Assembly: GCA_046049865.1 (NCBI GenBank)
Contig: JBJOQO010000006.1
Coordinates: forward strand, 521 to 64,520
Length of the DNA: 64,000 nt
Reading direction: 5' to 3'
DNA from: Pseudomonadota bacterium
Lineage (GTDB): Bacteria; Pseudomonadota; Gammaproteobacteria; Burkholderiales; Burkholderiaceae_C
Notes under the pieces: model-generated
The model's input: only the letters and a program-made list of their open reading frames with translations
Databases searched by the model: none
Told to the model about the DNA's origin: nothing
Program-made: the position numbers and the translations under genes
Part shown: positions 52,068 through 61,967 of the stretch, piece by piece
Layout of the letters: each line of letters starts with the position of its first letter
Position numbering within the stretch: position 1 is the stretch's first letter

Positions 52068-52159
52068 CCCCCTCACCCCAACCCTCTCCCCCGGGTACAG
52101 GGGAGAGGGAGATTCGCGTTGGCCCCCTCTCCCGCTCGCGGGAGGGGGTTAGGGGCGAA
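52068..52159. repeat. REP-like nested palindromic element, copy 3 (right arm degenerate)
   Basis: CCCTCACCCCAACCCTCTCCCCCGGGTACAGGGGAGAGGGAG ... CCCCCTCTCCCGCTCGCGGGAGGGGGTTAGGGGCGAAG. Lies in the hutU/hutC divergent region. Confidence 0.85.
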
Positions 52160-52319
52160 GCGGGGCTTTCAAACCGCATGCGGTTTGCCCGCGCAGCAGC
52201 TTGGGCTTGCAAGCCCAGGTGCGCACTGCAAGTGAGGGTTGACGCGAAACTCCGATGCAGCAATGGATGAACTCGGGATAAAACAACGCAGCAAAGATTC
52301 AGAAACAGGACGCAATGTA

Positions 52320-52333
52320 CTTGTCTATACAAG
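52320..52333. promoter_or_regulatory. HutC operator (palindrome CTTGTCTATACAAG)
   Basis: Perfect inverted repeat CTTGT-CTAT-ACAAG, 23 bp upstream of the hutC ATG. It is the reverse complement of the CTTGTATAGACAAG-type HutC operator I recall from Klebsiella and Pseudomonas. It is nested in a larger GTACTTG...CAAGTAC symmetry (52317-52346). Confidence 0.7.
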
Positions 52334-52355
52334 TCTATGCAAGTACCATTAGTCC

Positions 52356-53093
52356 ATGCCCTCTTCTTCACGCCGATCAACCGCGCTTGCACCCGCTCTT
52401 GCCCCATTCGCCCGCGTCAAACTGCATTTGAAGAACGAACTCTCCCGGGGCCGCTGGCCCGTGGGCGAATTGATGCCGTCCGAGGCCGAATTGGTCGCTC
52501 AGTTCCAGGTCAGCCGCATGACGGTCAACCGCGCGCTGCGCGAGTTGCAGGCCGAGGGGCTGGTGGAACGCGTCCAGGGCGTGGGCACCTTCGCCGCGCC
52601 GCTGCATCGGGTGTCGTCCACGCTGACCATCCGCGATCTGCAGGAGGAAATCGCCGCACGCGGCCACCAACACCGTGCCGAAGTGCACCTGGCGCGGCAG
52701 GAAGCCGCCACCGAGGGCCTGGCGCAGCGACTGGGCTTGGCGGCGGGCGCGCCGGTGTTCCACACGCTCATCGTCCACCACGAAAACGGTGTGCCGCTGC
52801 AGTGCGAAGACCGCTATGTGAACCCGGCCTGCGCGCCCGACTACCTGGCGGTGGACTTCACCCAGACCACGCCCACCCACTACCTGTTGCAGGTGGCGCC
52901 GCTGTGGGAGGCGCAGTACTCCATCGAAGCGAGCAACCCCACACCACAGGAGGCGCGGCTGCTGGGCCTGAAGGCCCATGACCCGTGCCTGGTCATCGTG
53001 CGTCGCACGGTCAGTCGCGGCATTCCCATCACACTGGCCCGCTTGGTGCACCCCGGCGCACGCTATCAACTTGAGGGGCAGTTCTCGCCATGA
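52356..53093 (+). CDS. hutC: histidine utilization repressor (GntR/HutC family)
   Basis: wHTH MPSEAELVAQFQVSRMTVNRALREL plus a UTRA effector domain. Heads the hut operon. Confidence 0.92.
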   Translation: MPSSSRRSTALAPALAPFARVKLHLKNELSRGRWPVGELMPSEAELVAQFQVSRMTVNRALRELQAEGLVERVQGVGTFAAPLHRVSSTLTIRDLQEEIAARGHQHRAEVHLARQEAATEGLAQRLGLAAGAPVFHTLIVHHENGVPLQCEDRYVNPACAPDYLAVDFTQTTPTHYLLQVAPLWEAQYSIEASNPTPQEARLLGLKAHDPCLVIVRRTVSRGIPITLARLVHPGARYQLEGQFSP

Positions 53094-53734
53094 GTTTCCA
53101 GTACATCACCGCCGCAGGCGTCCACCCCCAGGCCTGGCGCAACGGTGGGGGATTGACGCGCGAGCTGTTGCTGTGGCCCTCCGGCGCGTCTACCAACGAC
53201 TGGCAGCTGCGCATCACACTGGCCGAGGTGGCACAGGACGGTCCGTTCTCTGCGTTCCCCGGTGTGCAGCGTCATTTCGTGGTGGTGGGCGGCTGTGGGC
53301 TGTCCCTGCGTTGGCCCGGCGAGGCGGCCTGGCAAACACTGTTGCCCGGCCACCCGCCCTTGTCATTTGATGGTGGGCAGCCGCCCGATTGCCGTTTGTT
53401 GCGCTGCGCGTCTGGCGAGGCCTCCGGCCACAGCACCGACCTCAATTTGATGACCCGTGGCCTGCAAGGCAGGATGGTCGCCATGCAAGCCGGTGTGGGC
53501 ATGCATTTCGCCACCGCTCAGCGCGGTTTCTTCGCGGCCCAGTCGGGTCGTTGGTGGCGTGATGGCGCTGCGCACGACAGCCCCGCCCAACCCCAATCGG
53601 TCGACGCACACACGTTGATCTGGCAAAACGACGACCTCAACCCCCCCACACCCGACACATGGCATTTCGAGCCGCTGCACAGCTCCGTTCCAGCCGAGCC
53701 GCTGGGTTGGTGGCTGAGCGCGACACCCGAGTGA
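53090..53734 (+). CDS. hutD: HutD family protein
   Basis: ATGA overlap with hut[17 protein letters not shown] is typical of HutD. The position after hutC matches Pseudomonas. Confidence 0.75.
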   Translation: MSFQYITAAGVHPQAWRNGGGLTRELLLWPSGASTNDWQLRITLAEVAQDGPFSAFPGVQRHFVVVGGCGLSLRWPGEAAWQTLLPGHPPLSFDGGQPPDCRLLRCASGEASGHSTDLNLMTRGLQGRMVAMQAGVGMHFATAQRGFFAAQSGRWWRDGAAHDSPAQPQSVDAHTLIWQNDDLNPPTPDTWHFEPLHSSVPAEPLGWWLSATPE

Positions 53735-53784
53735 GTTTGGACACAGTACAAACCCGCGACGAAAACCCAATCGAAAGACGCCCC

Positions 53785-55008
53785 ATGCCCCCACCCCTCA
53801 GCCTCTGGCGCCACGCCCAACTGGCCACCTTGCAGACGCACACGCCGTGGGGCTGGATACCCGACGGCGCGCTGCTCACGCAGGGCACGCAGTTGCGCTG
53901 GGTGGGGCCGCTCGCCGACTTGCCTGCAGAGCTGCGCGGGCAGATCGCACAGGAGCACGATCTGCACGGCGCCCTGGTCACCCCCGGCCTGATCGACTGC
54001 CACACCCACCTCGTTTATGGTGGTGACCGCGCGGCCGAGTTCGAGTTGCGCCTGCAAGGCGCGAGTTACGAAGACATCGCCCGCGCCGGTGGCGGCATCC
54101 GTTCCACCGTGGCCGCCACGCGCGCTGCCAGCAGCGAAGACCTGCTCGCCAGTGCGGCGTTGCGCCTGCGAAACCTGATGGCCGAAGGCGTGACCACGGT
54201 GGAGATCAAATCCGGCTACGGGCTCAGCCTGGCGCACGAGGCGCGTTGCCTGCGCGTAGCGCGGCAACTCGCCCGCGACCACGCCGTGTCGGTGCGCACC
54301 ACCTGCCTGGCGGCCCATGCCGTGCCACCCGAGTTCGATGGCCGAAGCGACGACTATGTTGCGGCCGTCTGCGAATGGTTGACCGAACTGCATGGCCAAG
54401 GGTTGATTGACGCTGTGGACGTGTTCTGCGAACGCATTGGTTTCAGTCCCCCCCAGACGCGCCAGGTGTTCGAAGCCGCCACACGGCTCGGGCTGCCCGT
54501 GAAATTGCATGCTGAACAACTGAGCGATCAGAGCGGCGCGGCGCTGGCCGCCGAGTTCAAAGCCCTGTCCTGCGACCACTTGGAACACCTCAGCGAGGCC
54601 GGCGTGCGTGCCATGGCCGCCGCAGGCACCGTGGCCGTGCTGCTGCCCGGAGCCTATTACTTTTTGCGCGACACCCAACAGCCGCCCATCAACCTGTTGC
54701 GCGAGCATGGGGTGCCGATGGCCCTGGCCACCGACCACAACCCGGGCTCGTCGCCCGGCCTGTCACTGCTGCTCATGCTGAACATGGCCTGCACGCTGTT
54801 CCGCCTCACCCCTGAAGAGGCGCTGCGCGGCGTGACCCAACATGCGGCCCGCGCCCTTGGTCTGACGGATCGCGGGCAACTCATCGCAGGACAACGTGCC
54901 GACTTCGTGGTGTGGCAGGCCGAACACCCGCGTGAGCTGGCCTACTGGTTTGGCCGCAACCCCTGCCAGCGTGTCATCGTGGCGGGGCGCGAGCGAGCAG
55001 CCTCCTAA
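53785..55008 (+). CDS. hutI: imidazolonepropionase
   Basis: Start re-set to ATG 53785. Amidohydrolase metal site [13 protein letters not shown]. ...KLHAEQLS... Confidence 0.92.
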   Translation: MPPPLSLWRHAQLATLQTHTPWGWIPDGALLTQGTQLRWVGPLADLPAELRGQIAQEHDLHGALVTPGLIDCHTHLVYGGDRAAEFELRLQGASYEDIARAGGGIRSTVAATRAASSEDLLASAALRLRNLMAEGVTTVEIKSGYGLSLAHEARCLRVARQLARDHAVSVRTTCLAAHAVPPEFDGRSDDYVAAVCEWLTELHGQGLIDAVDVFCERIGFSPPQTRQVFEAATRLGLPVKLHAEQLSDQSGAALAAEFKALSCDHLEHLSEAGVRAMAAAGTVAVLLPGAYYFLRDTQQPPINLLREHGVPMALATDHNPGSSPGLSLLLMLNMACTLFRLTPEEALRGVTQHAARALGLTDRGQLIAGQRADFVVWQAEHPRELAYWFGRNPCQRVIVAGRERAAS

Positions 55009-55032
55009 CAAGAACGGACAACCTTGCAGAAC

Positions 55033-55851
55033 ATGGACTCCTTCCCACACCCCTCGTTCAAGCTGCACCTTGGGCAGCAACCTTTGCTCATCAGCCTGCC
55101 CCATGTCGGCACCGAGATTCCGCTCGATCAGCAAAGCCGTTTCCGGCCCGAAGCGCTGCAGGTCGCAGACACCGACTGGCACCTGGAAGCCCTGTATGCC
55201 TTCGCCCGCGAACTCGGTGCCAGCGTGCTGGTGCCACGCTACAGCCGCTACCTCATCGACTTGAACCGCCCGCCGGAAAACCAGCCGATGTACCCAGGCG
55301 CGAACAACACCGAGCTGTGCCCCACGCGCGCTTTCAGTGGTGAGTCTCTTTACCGTGAGGGTCAACCGCCCGACGACGCCGAGGTGCAACGCCGCGTTAC
55401 CCAATATTGGCAGCCCTATCACCAGGCCCTGTCCAGCGAACTGCAACGCCTGCACCAAACCCACGGCCACGCCATCTTGTTCGACGGCCACAGCATCAAG
55501 GGCGAGCTGCCGTGGTTGTTCGAGGGCAGCTTGCCCGACCTGAACCTGGGCACCGCGAGCGGCACCAGTTGCGCGGCCAGTCTGCGCGAACAACTTGCCC
55601 AGGTGCTGGCCGGCCAGACACGCTACAGCCAGGTGGTGGACGGCCGTTTCAAGGGCGGCTACATCACCCGCCACCATGGACAACCGGCGCACGGCATCCA
55701 CGCCGTGCAACTGGAGATGGCCTGGCGCTGCTACATGCGCGACGACGCCGGAGAAACATCCCTCTACCAGATCGACCCGCAGCGCCAGGCCGGGATCACT
55801 CCGGTGCTGCAGGAATTGCTGCAAACCCTGCTGCGCTGGAGCCCGCCATGA
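55033..55851 (+). CDS. hutG: N-formylglutamate deformylase
   Basis: ATG 55033 (MDSFPHP) is preferred to the track's TTG 55024. LLISLPHVGTEIP and the FGase family pattern. Confidence 0.88.
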   Translation: MDSFPHPSFKLHLGQQPLLISLPHVGTEIPLDQQSRFRPEALQVADTDWHLEALYAFARELGASVLVPRYSRYLIDLNRPPENQPMYPGANNTELCPTRAFSGESLYREGQPPDDAEVQRRVTQYWQPYHQALSSELQRLHQTHGHAILFDGHSIKGELPWLFEGSLPDLNLGTASGTSCAASLREQLAQVLAGQTRYSQVVDGRFKGGYITRHHGQPAHGIHAVQLEMAWRCYMRDDAGETSLYQIDPQRQAGITPVLQELLQTLLRWSPP

Positions 55852-57236
55852 ACGCCCTAGACGCCTCGTTGTGGGCCCCTCATGCCTGGGTGCAAGGCCA
55901 ATGGCAAAACCAGGTGCTTCTGCACATTGATGCGCAAGGCCACTGGGGCGACGTGCAAGCCAACGTGGCCACGCCGCCGCCCGGCGCCACCGTATTGGCG
56001 GGCCCCGTGCTGCCTGGCCTGGTCAATGCCCACAGCCATGCTTTTCAAAGGGCGTTCGCGGGTTTGGCCGAACGACGCGAAACAGGCAGCGACACCTTCT
56101 GGTCATGGCGCGACCGCATGTATGGCGTGGCCCAGCGCATCTCCCCCGCGCAATTGCGCGCCGTGGCCACGCATCTCTACCTCGAGCTGCTGCGCGGCGG
56201 CTACACCCAGGTGTGCGAGTTCCACTACCTGCAGCACGCGCCCGATGGCCGTCCCTATGAGGACCCGCACACCCTGGCCTGGGCCGTGGCCGACGCCGCA
56301 GCCGACATCGGCATGGGCCTGACCCTGCTGCCCGTGCTCTACGAGCGTGCCGGCTTCCAACAACCCCAGTTGCGTGACGACCAGCGCCGCTTCGCCATGA
56401 CCGCCACGCAGGTGTGGGCCGCCCACCAGGCCTTTGCGGCCAGTGGTCGACCTTTGCTCAACGCCGGCGTGGCCATCCATTCGCTGCGTGCTGCAGCATC
56501 CGACTCGATTCACTCGCTGCGCCGGTTCGCTGAGCACATGCATGGTCCACTGCACATTCATGTGGCCGAACAACAAGCTGAAGTGGACGACTGCCTTCAG
56601 GCCACAGGCCAGCGTCCGCTGCAATGGCTGGCTAGTGAGGGCCTGTTGGATGCCCGCTGGCGGCTCGTGCACGCCACCCACAGCACGCCTGACGAGATCG
56701 AAGCGGTAGCACGCAGCAGCGCCGGCGTGGTCATCTGCCCCAGCACCGAAGCCAACCTGGGCGACGGCCTGTGCGACCTGCCCGGCTGGCTGGCGGCGGG
56801 TGTGCCCATCAGCCTAGGCTCAGACAGCCACGTCACCCGCGATGCAGCTGAAGAACTGCGCTGGCTCGACTATGGTCAACGCCTGCAGCACCGCCAGCGC
56901 AACATCGCCGCCGCGCCAGACCAAGGGCAACCTGCCACCGCCCATCGCCTGTGGCAACGCTGCCAGGACGGCGGCGCGCAAGCTGCAGGGTTCTCGCGCT
57001 GGGGCCTGCAAGCCGGCGCCCGCGCAGACGCCCTGGTGCTTGACACCACCGCCCCCGCCCTGCTCGGCATCCCCCTTGAACGCCTGCTCGACGCCTGGGT
57101 CTTCTCCAGCCCCAGCACCCCCTGCCGCGACGTGATGGTGGCGGGGCGCTGGGTGGTGCGAGCGCATCACCATGCGATGCAGTCGCGCATTGCAGCGGAG
57201 TTTGCGCAGGTAATGGCTACCCTGTGGGGGCCTTGA
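55848..57236 (+). CDS. hutF: formimidoylglutamate deiminase
   Basis: ATG 55848 (MNALDASLWAPHAW) forms an ATGA overlap with hutG. Amidohydrolase site GLVNAHSHAFQRA. The track ORF from 55407 is an out-of-context N-terminal extension. Confidence 0.9.
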   Translation: MNALDASLWAPHAWVQGQWQNQVLLHIDAQGHWGDVQANVATPPPGATVLAGPVLPGLVNAHSHAFQRAFAGLAERRETGSDTFWSWRDRMYGVAQRISPAQLRAVATHLYLELLRGGYTQVCEFHYLQHAPDGRPYEDPHTLAWAVADAAADIGMGLTLLPVLYERAGFQQPQLRDDQRRFAMTATQVWAAHQAFAASGRPLLNAGVAIHSLRAAASDSIHSLRRFAEHMHGPLHIHVAEQQAEVDDCLQATGQRPLQWLASEGLLDARWRLVHATHSTPDEIEAVARSSAGVVICPSTEANLGDGLCDLPGWLAAGVPISLGSDSHVTRDAAEELRWLDYGQRLQHRQRNIAAAPDQGQPATAHRLWQRCQDGGAQAAGFSRWGLQAGARADALVLDTTAPALLGIPLERLLDAWVFSSPSTPCRDVMVAGRWVVRAHHHAMQSRIAAEFAQVMATLWGP

Positions 57237-57284
57237 ACCCACGAGCAACGCCATGGAATACCCGTTGCCGTAGACTTCCGGCCC

Positions 57285-58571
57285 ATGGAATCTCATGTTT
57301 TGTTGTGGTCGTTTGTGGTGGCGCTGGTGCTGTCCACCTTGCTGAAGTTGTGGTTGGTGTCGCGCCAGATTCGCCATGTCGCCACGCACCGTGACCGGGT
57401 GCCCTCGGCCTTTGCGGGCAGCGTGAGTTTGCAAGCCCATCAGCGGGCGGCTGACTACACCGTGGCCAAAGCCCGGTTCAGCCTCTTGTCGACGGCATTC
57501 GGCGTGACAGTGCTCGTGGGCTGGACCTTGCTCGGCGGCCTGGATGCCTTGAACACCTGGGTGTTTGATGCGGTGCAGCCGCGCTATGGCAGCATGGCGT
57601 ATCAGTTGGCACTGCTGGTGGCTTTTCTTCTCATCGGCAGCTTGCTGGATTTGCCTTTTGAGCTGTACTCGACTTTTCGCATCGAGCAGCAGTTTGGCTT
57701 CAACCGCGTGACCTGGAAGCTCTACCTCGCCGACATGCTCAAAGGCCTGGTCGTGGGCAGCGTGATTGGCCTGCCGCTGGCTTGGCTCATGTTGTGGATC
57801 ATGGGAACCACTGGGCCGCAGTGGTGGCTGTGGGCCTGGGGCACCTGGGTGGGCTTCAATTTGCTGTTGATGGTGGCCTACCCCACGCTGATTGCGCCCC
57901 TCTTCAACAAATTCGAGCCTCTTGCTGATGAAGGCATCAAATCGCGCGTGCAGGCCTTGATGCAGCGCTGCGGCTTTGCGAGCAAAGGCCTTTTTGTGAT
58001 GGACGGCAGCAAGCGCTCCGCCCATGGCAATGCGTATTTCACTGGCCTGGGCGCGGCCAAACGGGTGGTGTTTTTTGACACCCTCTTGAACAAACTCACA
58101 CCGGGTGAGGTCGAGGCGGTGCTGGCGCACGAGCTGGGGCACTTTAAACACCAACATGTGAAGCAGCGTATGGTGATGATGTTTGCGGTGAGCCTGGCGG
58201 GTTTTGCACTGCTGGGTTGGCTGTCCAACCAAACTTGGTTTTATACGGCGCTCGGCGTCACACCTCATTTGGGCGCGGCACCCGATGCGCTGGCGCTGTT
58301 GCTCTTCATGCTGGTGGTGCCGGTGTACAGCAGTTTTGTTTCGCCGCTGATGGCCCAGTTGTCACGCAAACATGAATTCCAGGCCGATGCTTACGCCTGC
58401 GCCCAAAGCAGTGGAAGCGACCTGGCCAAGGCGCTGCTGAAGCTGCACGAAGACAATGCCTCGACGCTGACGCCCGACCCGGTGTATGTGCGTTTTTATT
58501 ACTCCCATCCACCGGCCTCGGAACGTTTGGCGGCGCTGCAACTGCATCCCGCTGTGGCGGCAGCTGCGTAA
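57285..58571 (+). CDS. M48 family metallopeptidase (Ste24-like)
   Basis: N-terminal multi-TM region, HELGHFKHQH zinc site and a downstream EFQADAYA. Confidence 0.88.
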   Translation: MESHVLLWSFVVALVLSTLLKLWLVSRQIRHVATHRDRVPSAFAGSVSLQAHQRAADYTVAKARFSLLSTAFGVTVLVGWTLLGGLDALNTWVFDAVQPRYGSMAYQLALLVAFLLIGSLLDLPFELYSTFRIEQQFGFNRVTWKLYLADMLKGLVVGSVIGLPLAWLMLWIMGTTGPQWWLWAWGTWVGFNLLLMVAYPTLIAPLFNKFEPLADEGIKSRVQALMQRCGFASKGLFVMDGSKRSAHGNAYFTGLGAAKRVVFFDTLLNKLTPGEVEAVLAHELGHFKHQHVKQRMVMMFAVSLAGFALLGWLSNQTWFYTALGVTPHLGAAPDALALLLFMLVVPVYSSFVSPLMAQLSRKHEFQADAYACAQSSGSDLAKALLKLHEDNASTLTPDPVYVRFYYSHPPASERLAALQLHPAVAAAA

Positions 58572-58595
58572 AAACCAAGGCTAGAGGAATTACCC

Positions 58596-58928
58596 ATGAA
58601 CGAACTGCTGAATCAACGCTGCCTGCCGCTAGAAGGGCAGCCGCCCATGCCCGCCGCTCAAATCGAGCAGCACCTGTCCCAGGTGAAGGGCTGGGCCCAC
58701 ACCGACGGTGCGCTGGAGAAAACCTTCAGCTTCAAAAACTACTACGAAACCATGGCCTTCGTGAACGCGCTGGCTTACATCTGCCACGCAGAAGACCACC
58801 ACCCTGAGCTGCGCGTTTTTTTCAACCGCTGCGTGGTGCGTTTTGACACCCATTCGGTGGGCGGTATCTCCATCAACGACTTCATTTGCGCCGCCAAAGC
58901 CAACGCTTTGATGGCTGAGGCTGCGTGA
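58596..58928 (+). CDS. 4a-hydroxytetrahydrobiopterin dehydratase
   Basis: 110 aa. ...FKNYYETMAFVNALAYICHAEDHHPEL..., the PCD/DCoH signature. Confidence 0.9.
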   Translation: MNELLNQRCLPLEGQPPMPAAQIEQHLSQVKGWAHTDGALEKTFSFKNYYETMAFVNALAYICHAEDHHPELRVFFNRCVVRFDTHSVGGISINDFICAAKANALMAEAA

Positions 58929-59827
58929 GTTTGATTGAAGGTTTGGTGGTGGCCGGCTACGGCCGCCACTACAGCGTAGAAACCGATGATGGGGAGCGCC
59001 TGACCTGCCACCCACGTGGGAAAAAAAGCGACTGCGTGGTGGGGGATCGCGTGCATTTCAAACCCACCACCGATTCCGGCGAGGAAGGTGTGATCGAGCA
59101 GGTGCTTGATCGGCGCAATTTGCTCTTTCGCCAGGACGAATGGAAGACCAAAGCCTTCGCCGCCAACCTCGACCAGATTTTGGTGATGGTGGCCAGTGAA
59201 CCCGTTTTCAGCGAAAGCCAACTGGCGCGCGCTTTGATCGCTGCAGGCAGCGCGCACATCGAGGCGCGCATCGTGCTGAACAAAGCCGATCTGCCGACGA
59301 TAGAAGCTGCGCGAGCCCGCCTGCAGCCCTATGCCGACATGGGCTACGAGGTGGTGGAGCTGGCGCTCAAAGCCCAACCCGAGGCGGCACGTGCAAGTTT
59401 GAATTCCTTGCTCGCGGGACGGGCCAGTTTGGTGTTGGGCCCCAGTGGCACGGGAAAAAGCACCTTGATCAACTTGATTGCACCCCATGCCCGTGCGGCG
59501 GTGGGTGAAATTTCGCAAGCCTTGAACTCCGGACGCCACACGACAACACACACACAGTGGCACTGGGTGGATCGGCAGGCGGGCACGGCCTTGCTCGATT
59601 CACCCGGTTTTCAAGAATTCGGCCTCAAACAAATCGACGCCGCGAAATTGGCCGATTGGATGCCGGACTTACGCCAGCACAGCGAGGGCTGCAAGTTCTA
59701 CAACTGCAGCCACCAACATGAACCCGGCTGCCAGGTGCGCTCGGCGGTGGAGGCCGGAACAATCAATACCTCGCGCTACCGCATTTATGGCGAAATTCTG
59801 CGCGAGTTGACGCAAACACGCTGGTAG
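58925..59827 (+). CDS. rsgA: ribosome small-subunit-dependent GTPase A
   Basis: GTG start. OB domain, circularly permuted GTPase (NKADL; GPSGTGKSTLINLI), and zinc knuckle CKFYNCSHQHEPGC. Confidence 0.93.
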   Translation: MSLIEGLVVAGYGRHYSVETDDGERLTCHPRGKKSDCVVGDRVHFKPTTDSGEEGVIEQVLDRRNLLFRQDEWKTKAFAANLDQILVMVASEPVFSESQLARALIAAGSAHIEARIVLNKADLPTIEAARARLQPYADMGYEVVELALKAQPEAARASLNSLLAGRASLVLGPSGTGKSTLINLIAPHARAAVGEISQALNSGRHTTTHTQWHWVDRQAGTALLDSPGFQEFGLKQIDAAKLADWMPDLRQHSEGCKFYNCSHQHEPGCQVRSAVEAGTINTSRYRIYGEILRELTQTRW

Positions 59828-59839
59828 CGGTAGCGGCTT

Positions 59840-60829
59840 TCAGGGTGCCAAGTTGGCCAAGGACAACAAGGCTTGCAGCAACATCCACAGCACCACCGAG
59901 CGCCACACCAATCCCACCACGCTGCGCAAATGCCCAAGGACGGGCGGTTGGCCGGGGGTTGAGCCCTCGGCACCGCTCAGATCAGCGACTTCCCCGCTGT
60001 CAAATGTTTTCGATCGATCGGGCGTCACGCCGGGTGCCGCATGCCCGCCCAACTGCACACCGACGGCACCAGCGGCGGCGGCCAAGATGATGCCTTCGTT
60101 CGGATGCCGCCACAGACTGGCATCGCGGCGCCAGCAGTTCACCGACTCTTCAAAATTGCCTACGACAGCAAAACCGAAGGCCGTCAGGCGTGAGGGAAGG
60201 TGGTCGATGGCGTTAAAAAGGCGTTGCGACAAAGCCATCAACTGTTCGTTGGAGGCCGCGCCCATGGTTCTGTTTTTATAGGCCCAGTAGCGGCTCGCAA
60301 ACTCAGCCAAGCGGTAGAACACCGCACCGGCCGGCCCCAAACCAATCGCGGAAAAAACGACGAAACAAAAGAACACCCCAAACACATGGCGGTGCGCAGC
60401 GAGCAGGGAATGTTCAATCACATGACGCAGCAATTCGGTGCGTGGCAATTCGCTGGCGTCCAGGTGACGCCAGTGCGACAACAGCTCGCGTGCGGTGCGT
60501 TCATCTCCACGTTCCAGCGCATCGCGGATGTCGGTGAAGTAGTGGCTGAATTGCCGAAAGCCCAAGGTGACATAAAGCACCGCCACATTCCACAGCAACG
60601 CCAGAATCAAGCTGAAATGAGCCAGGCCCCAAAAAACGGCAGTTGTGAGCAAGGCAGGCACGATGGTGGTGATGAGCCACACCACCCATGCGTGATGGTC
60701 TCGTCCCGCGTCAAAATTCCGGCCTGTCCAGCGCATCCAGGCGGTCAGGGCTTCGTGAACCACATTGCGGCGGGGCAGTGGTTTGAGTTGCTCAATCAGG
60801 AGAGCCAGCAGTACGGCGAAGAAACTCAT
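59840..60829 (-). CDS. CobD/CbiB family membrane protein (AmpE-like)
   Basis: MSFFAVLLALLIEQLKPLP... N-terminus with several TM segments. Family recalled from similar betaproteobacterial annotations. Confidence 0.6.
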   Translation of the reverse strand: MSFFAVLLALLIEQLKPLPRRNVVHEALTAWMRWTGRNFDAGRDHHAWVVWLITTIVPALLTTAVFWGLAHFSLILALLWNVAVLYVTLGFRQFSHYFTDIRDALERGDERTARELLSHWRHLDASELPRTELLRHVIEHSLLAAHRHVFGVFFCFVVFSAIGLGPAGAVFYRLAEFASRYWAYKNRTMGAASNEQLMALSQRLFNAIDHLPSRLTAFGFAVVGNFEESVNCWRRDASLWRHPNEGIILAAAAGAVGVQLGGHAAPGVTPDRSKTFDSGEVADLSGAEGSTPGQPPVLGHLRSVVGLVWRSVVLWMLLQALLSLANLAP

Positions 60830-60872
60830 GCGCGGTGATGATAGCCGCGACAGGTAGGCGGTCGATGCGATT

Positions 60873-61550
60873 TCACGACATCAAAAAACGATAGAGGTTG
60901 CGCAACATGGCCGCCGTCGCGCCCCAAATGAAGTACGGCGGTGCGTTGGCGTCATTGCTCGTCCAGGGCATGGACAAAAACTCGCGTCGCACACCCGCGA
61001 CGTCGATCGCATGGTGGCGGTGGTGGGCGGGATTCATTAAAAAAGCCAAGGGCACTTCAAACATCTCAGCCACTTCAAACGGGTCGGCTTGCAAGGTCAT
61101 GGATGCATCAACCAGGGCGACCACCGGCGTCACGACAAAACCAGTCACCGTGGTGTAGGTCGGCATTTGCCCAATCACCTGCACATGTTCGGGCAAGAGC
61201 CCGATTTCTTCGCGTGCCTCACGCAAGGCCGTGGCCACCGCATCAAAGTCCTCGGGTTCGGCTCGCCCACCGGGAAAGCTGATTTGTCCCGCGTGGTCGG
61301 TGAGATGGTCGGTGCGCCGTGTGAGCAGCACGGTGAGCTCGGCGCGCTGTACCAAAGGCACCAATACGGAGGCGAAAGCTGGTGGCCGGTTGCCGATGCG
61401 GCCGTCGGTGCGTATCTCGGGTTGCCAGTCGGGGGGACTGCGGAATCGCTGTGCCAAGGCCTGGGGATGCAGGTGCTCAGACGCAACCGCAGGCAAATGG
61501 CCGTCCACGCGCAAGGCGGGAAGTAAGTGGGGGTTGAAGCTCAGTGCCAT
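60873..61550 (-). CDS. CoA pyrophosphatase (NUDIX hydrolase)
   Basis: LLTRRTDHLTDHAGQISFPGG (NudL/CoAse signature), followed by the NUDIX box GGRAEPEDFDAVATALREAREEIGL. Confidence 0.88.
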   Translation of the reverse strand: MALSFNPHLLPALRVDGHLPAVASEHLHPQALAQRFRSPPDWQPEIRTDGRIGNRPPAFASVLVPLVQRAELTVLLTRRTDHLTDHAGQISFPGGRAEPEDFDAVATALREAREEIGLLPEHVQVIGQMPTYTTVTGFVVTPVVALVDASMTLQADPFEVAEMFEVPLAFLMNPAHHRHHAIDVAGVRREFLSMPWTSNDANAPPYFIWGATAAMLRNLYRFLMS

Positions 61551-61565
61551 AACGGTATTGGACGT

Positions 61566-61589
61566 GAAAAAGCCGCCCGGAGGCGGCTA
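61566..61589 (-). terminator. intrinsic terminator of rplS
   Basis: Minus strand reads AGCCGCC-TCCG-GGCGGCT followed by TTTTT. Lies 25 nt after the rplS stop. Confidence 0.8.
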
Positions 61590-61613
61590 GTTTCTTGCGT
61601 TGGAGATGAAGGC

Positions 61614-61967
61614 TTACGCCAACTTCTCCTTAATACGTGCCGACTTGCCGGAGCGGTCGCGCAGGTAGTACAGCTTGGCGCGACGCACATCACCGCGGCG
61701 TTTGACTTCGATGGAGGCGATCAACGGGCTGTACAGCTGGAACGTACGCTCCACACCTTCGCCGCTGGAGATTTTGCGCACGATGAAGCTGGAATTCAGG
61801 CTGCGGTTGCGCTTGGCAATCACGACACCTTCATAGGCCTGCACACGCTTGCGGGTGCCCTCAACCACGTTGACGCTCACGATGACCGTGTCGCCAGGGG
61901 CAAAAGACGGGATGGTCTTGTTCAGACGAGCAATTTCTTCTTGCTCAAGGGTTTGGATCAAATCCAT
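61614..61967 (-). CDS. rplS: 50S ribosomal protein L19
   Basis: [28 protein letters not shown]... is canonical L19. Confidence 0.97.
   Translation of the reverse strand: MDLIQTLEQEEIARLNKTIPSFAPGDTVIVSVNVVEGTRKRVQAYEGVVIAKRNRSLNSSFIVRKISSGEGVERTFQLYSPLIASIEVKRRGDVRRAKLYYLRDRSGKSARIKEKLA

Noticed and set aside
8911-52159. Possible CRISPR array formed by the palindromic repeats
   Set aside because: The three copies are tens of kilobases apart, not regularly spaced, and internally palindromic in the manner of REP elements. No cas genes are present.
53518-58268. Three long minus-strand ORFs (53518-54738, 54763-55824, 56820-58268) across hutI, hutG/hutF and the M48 peptidase
   Set aside because: All are antisense to confidently recognised genes and have Arg/Gly/His/Ala/Gln-rich shadow composition with no motifs.
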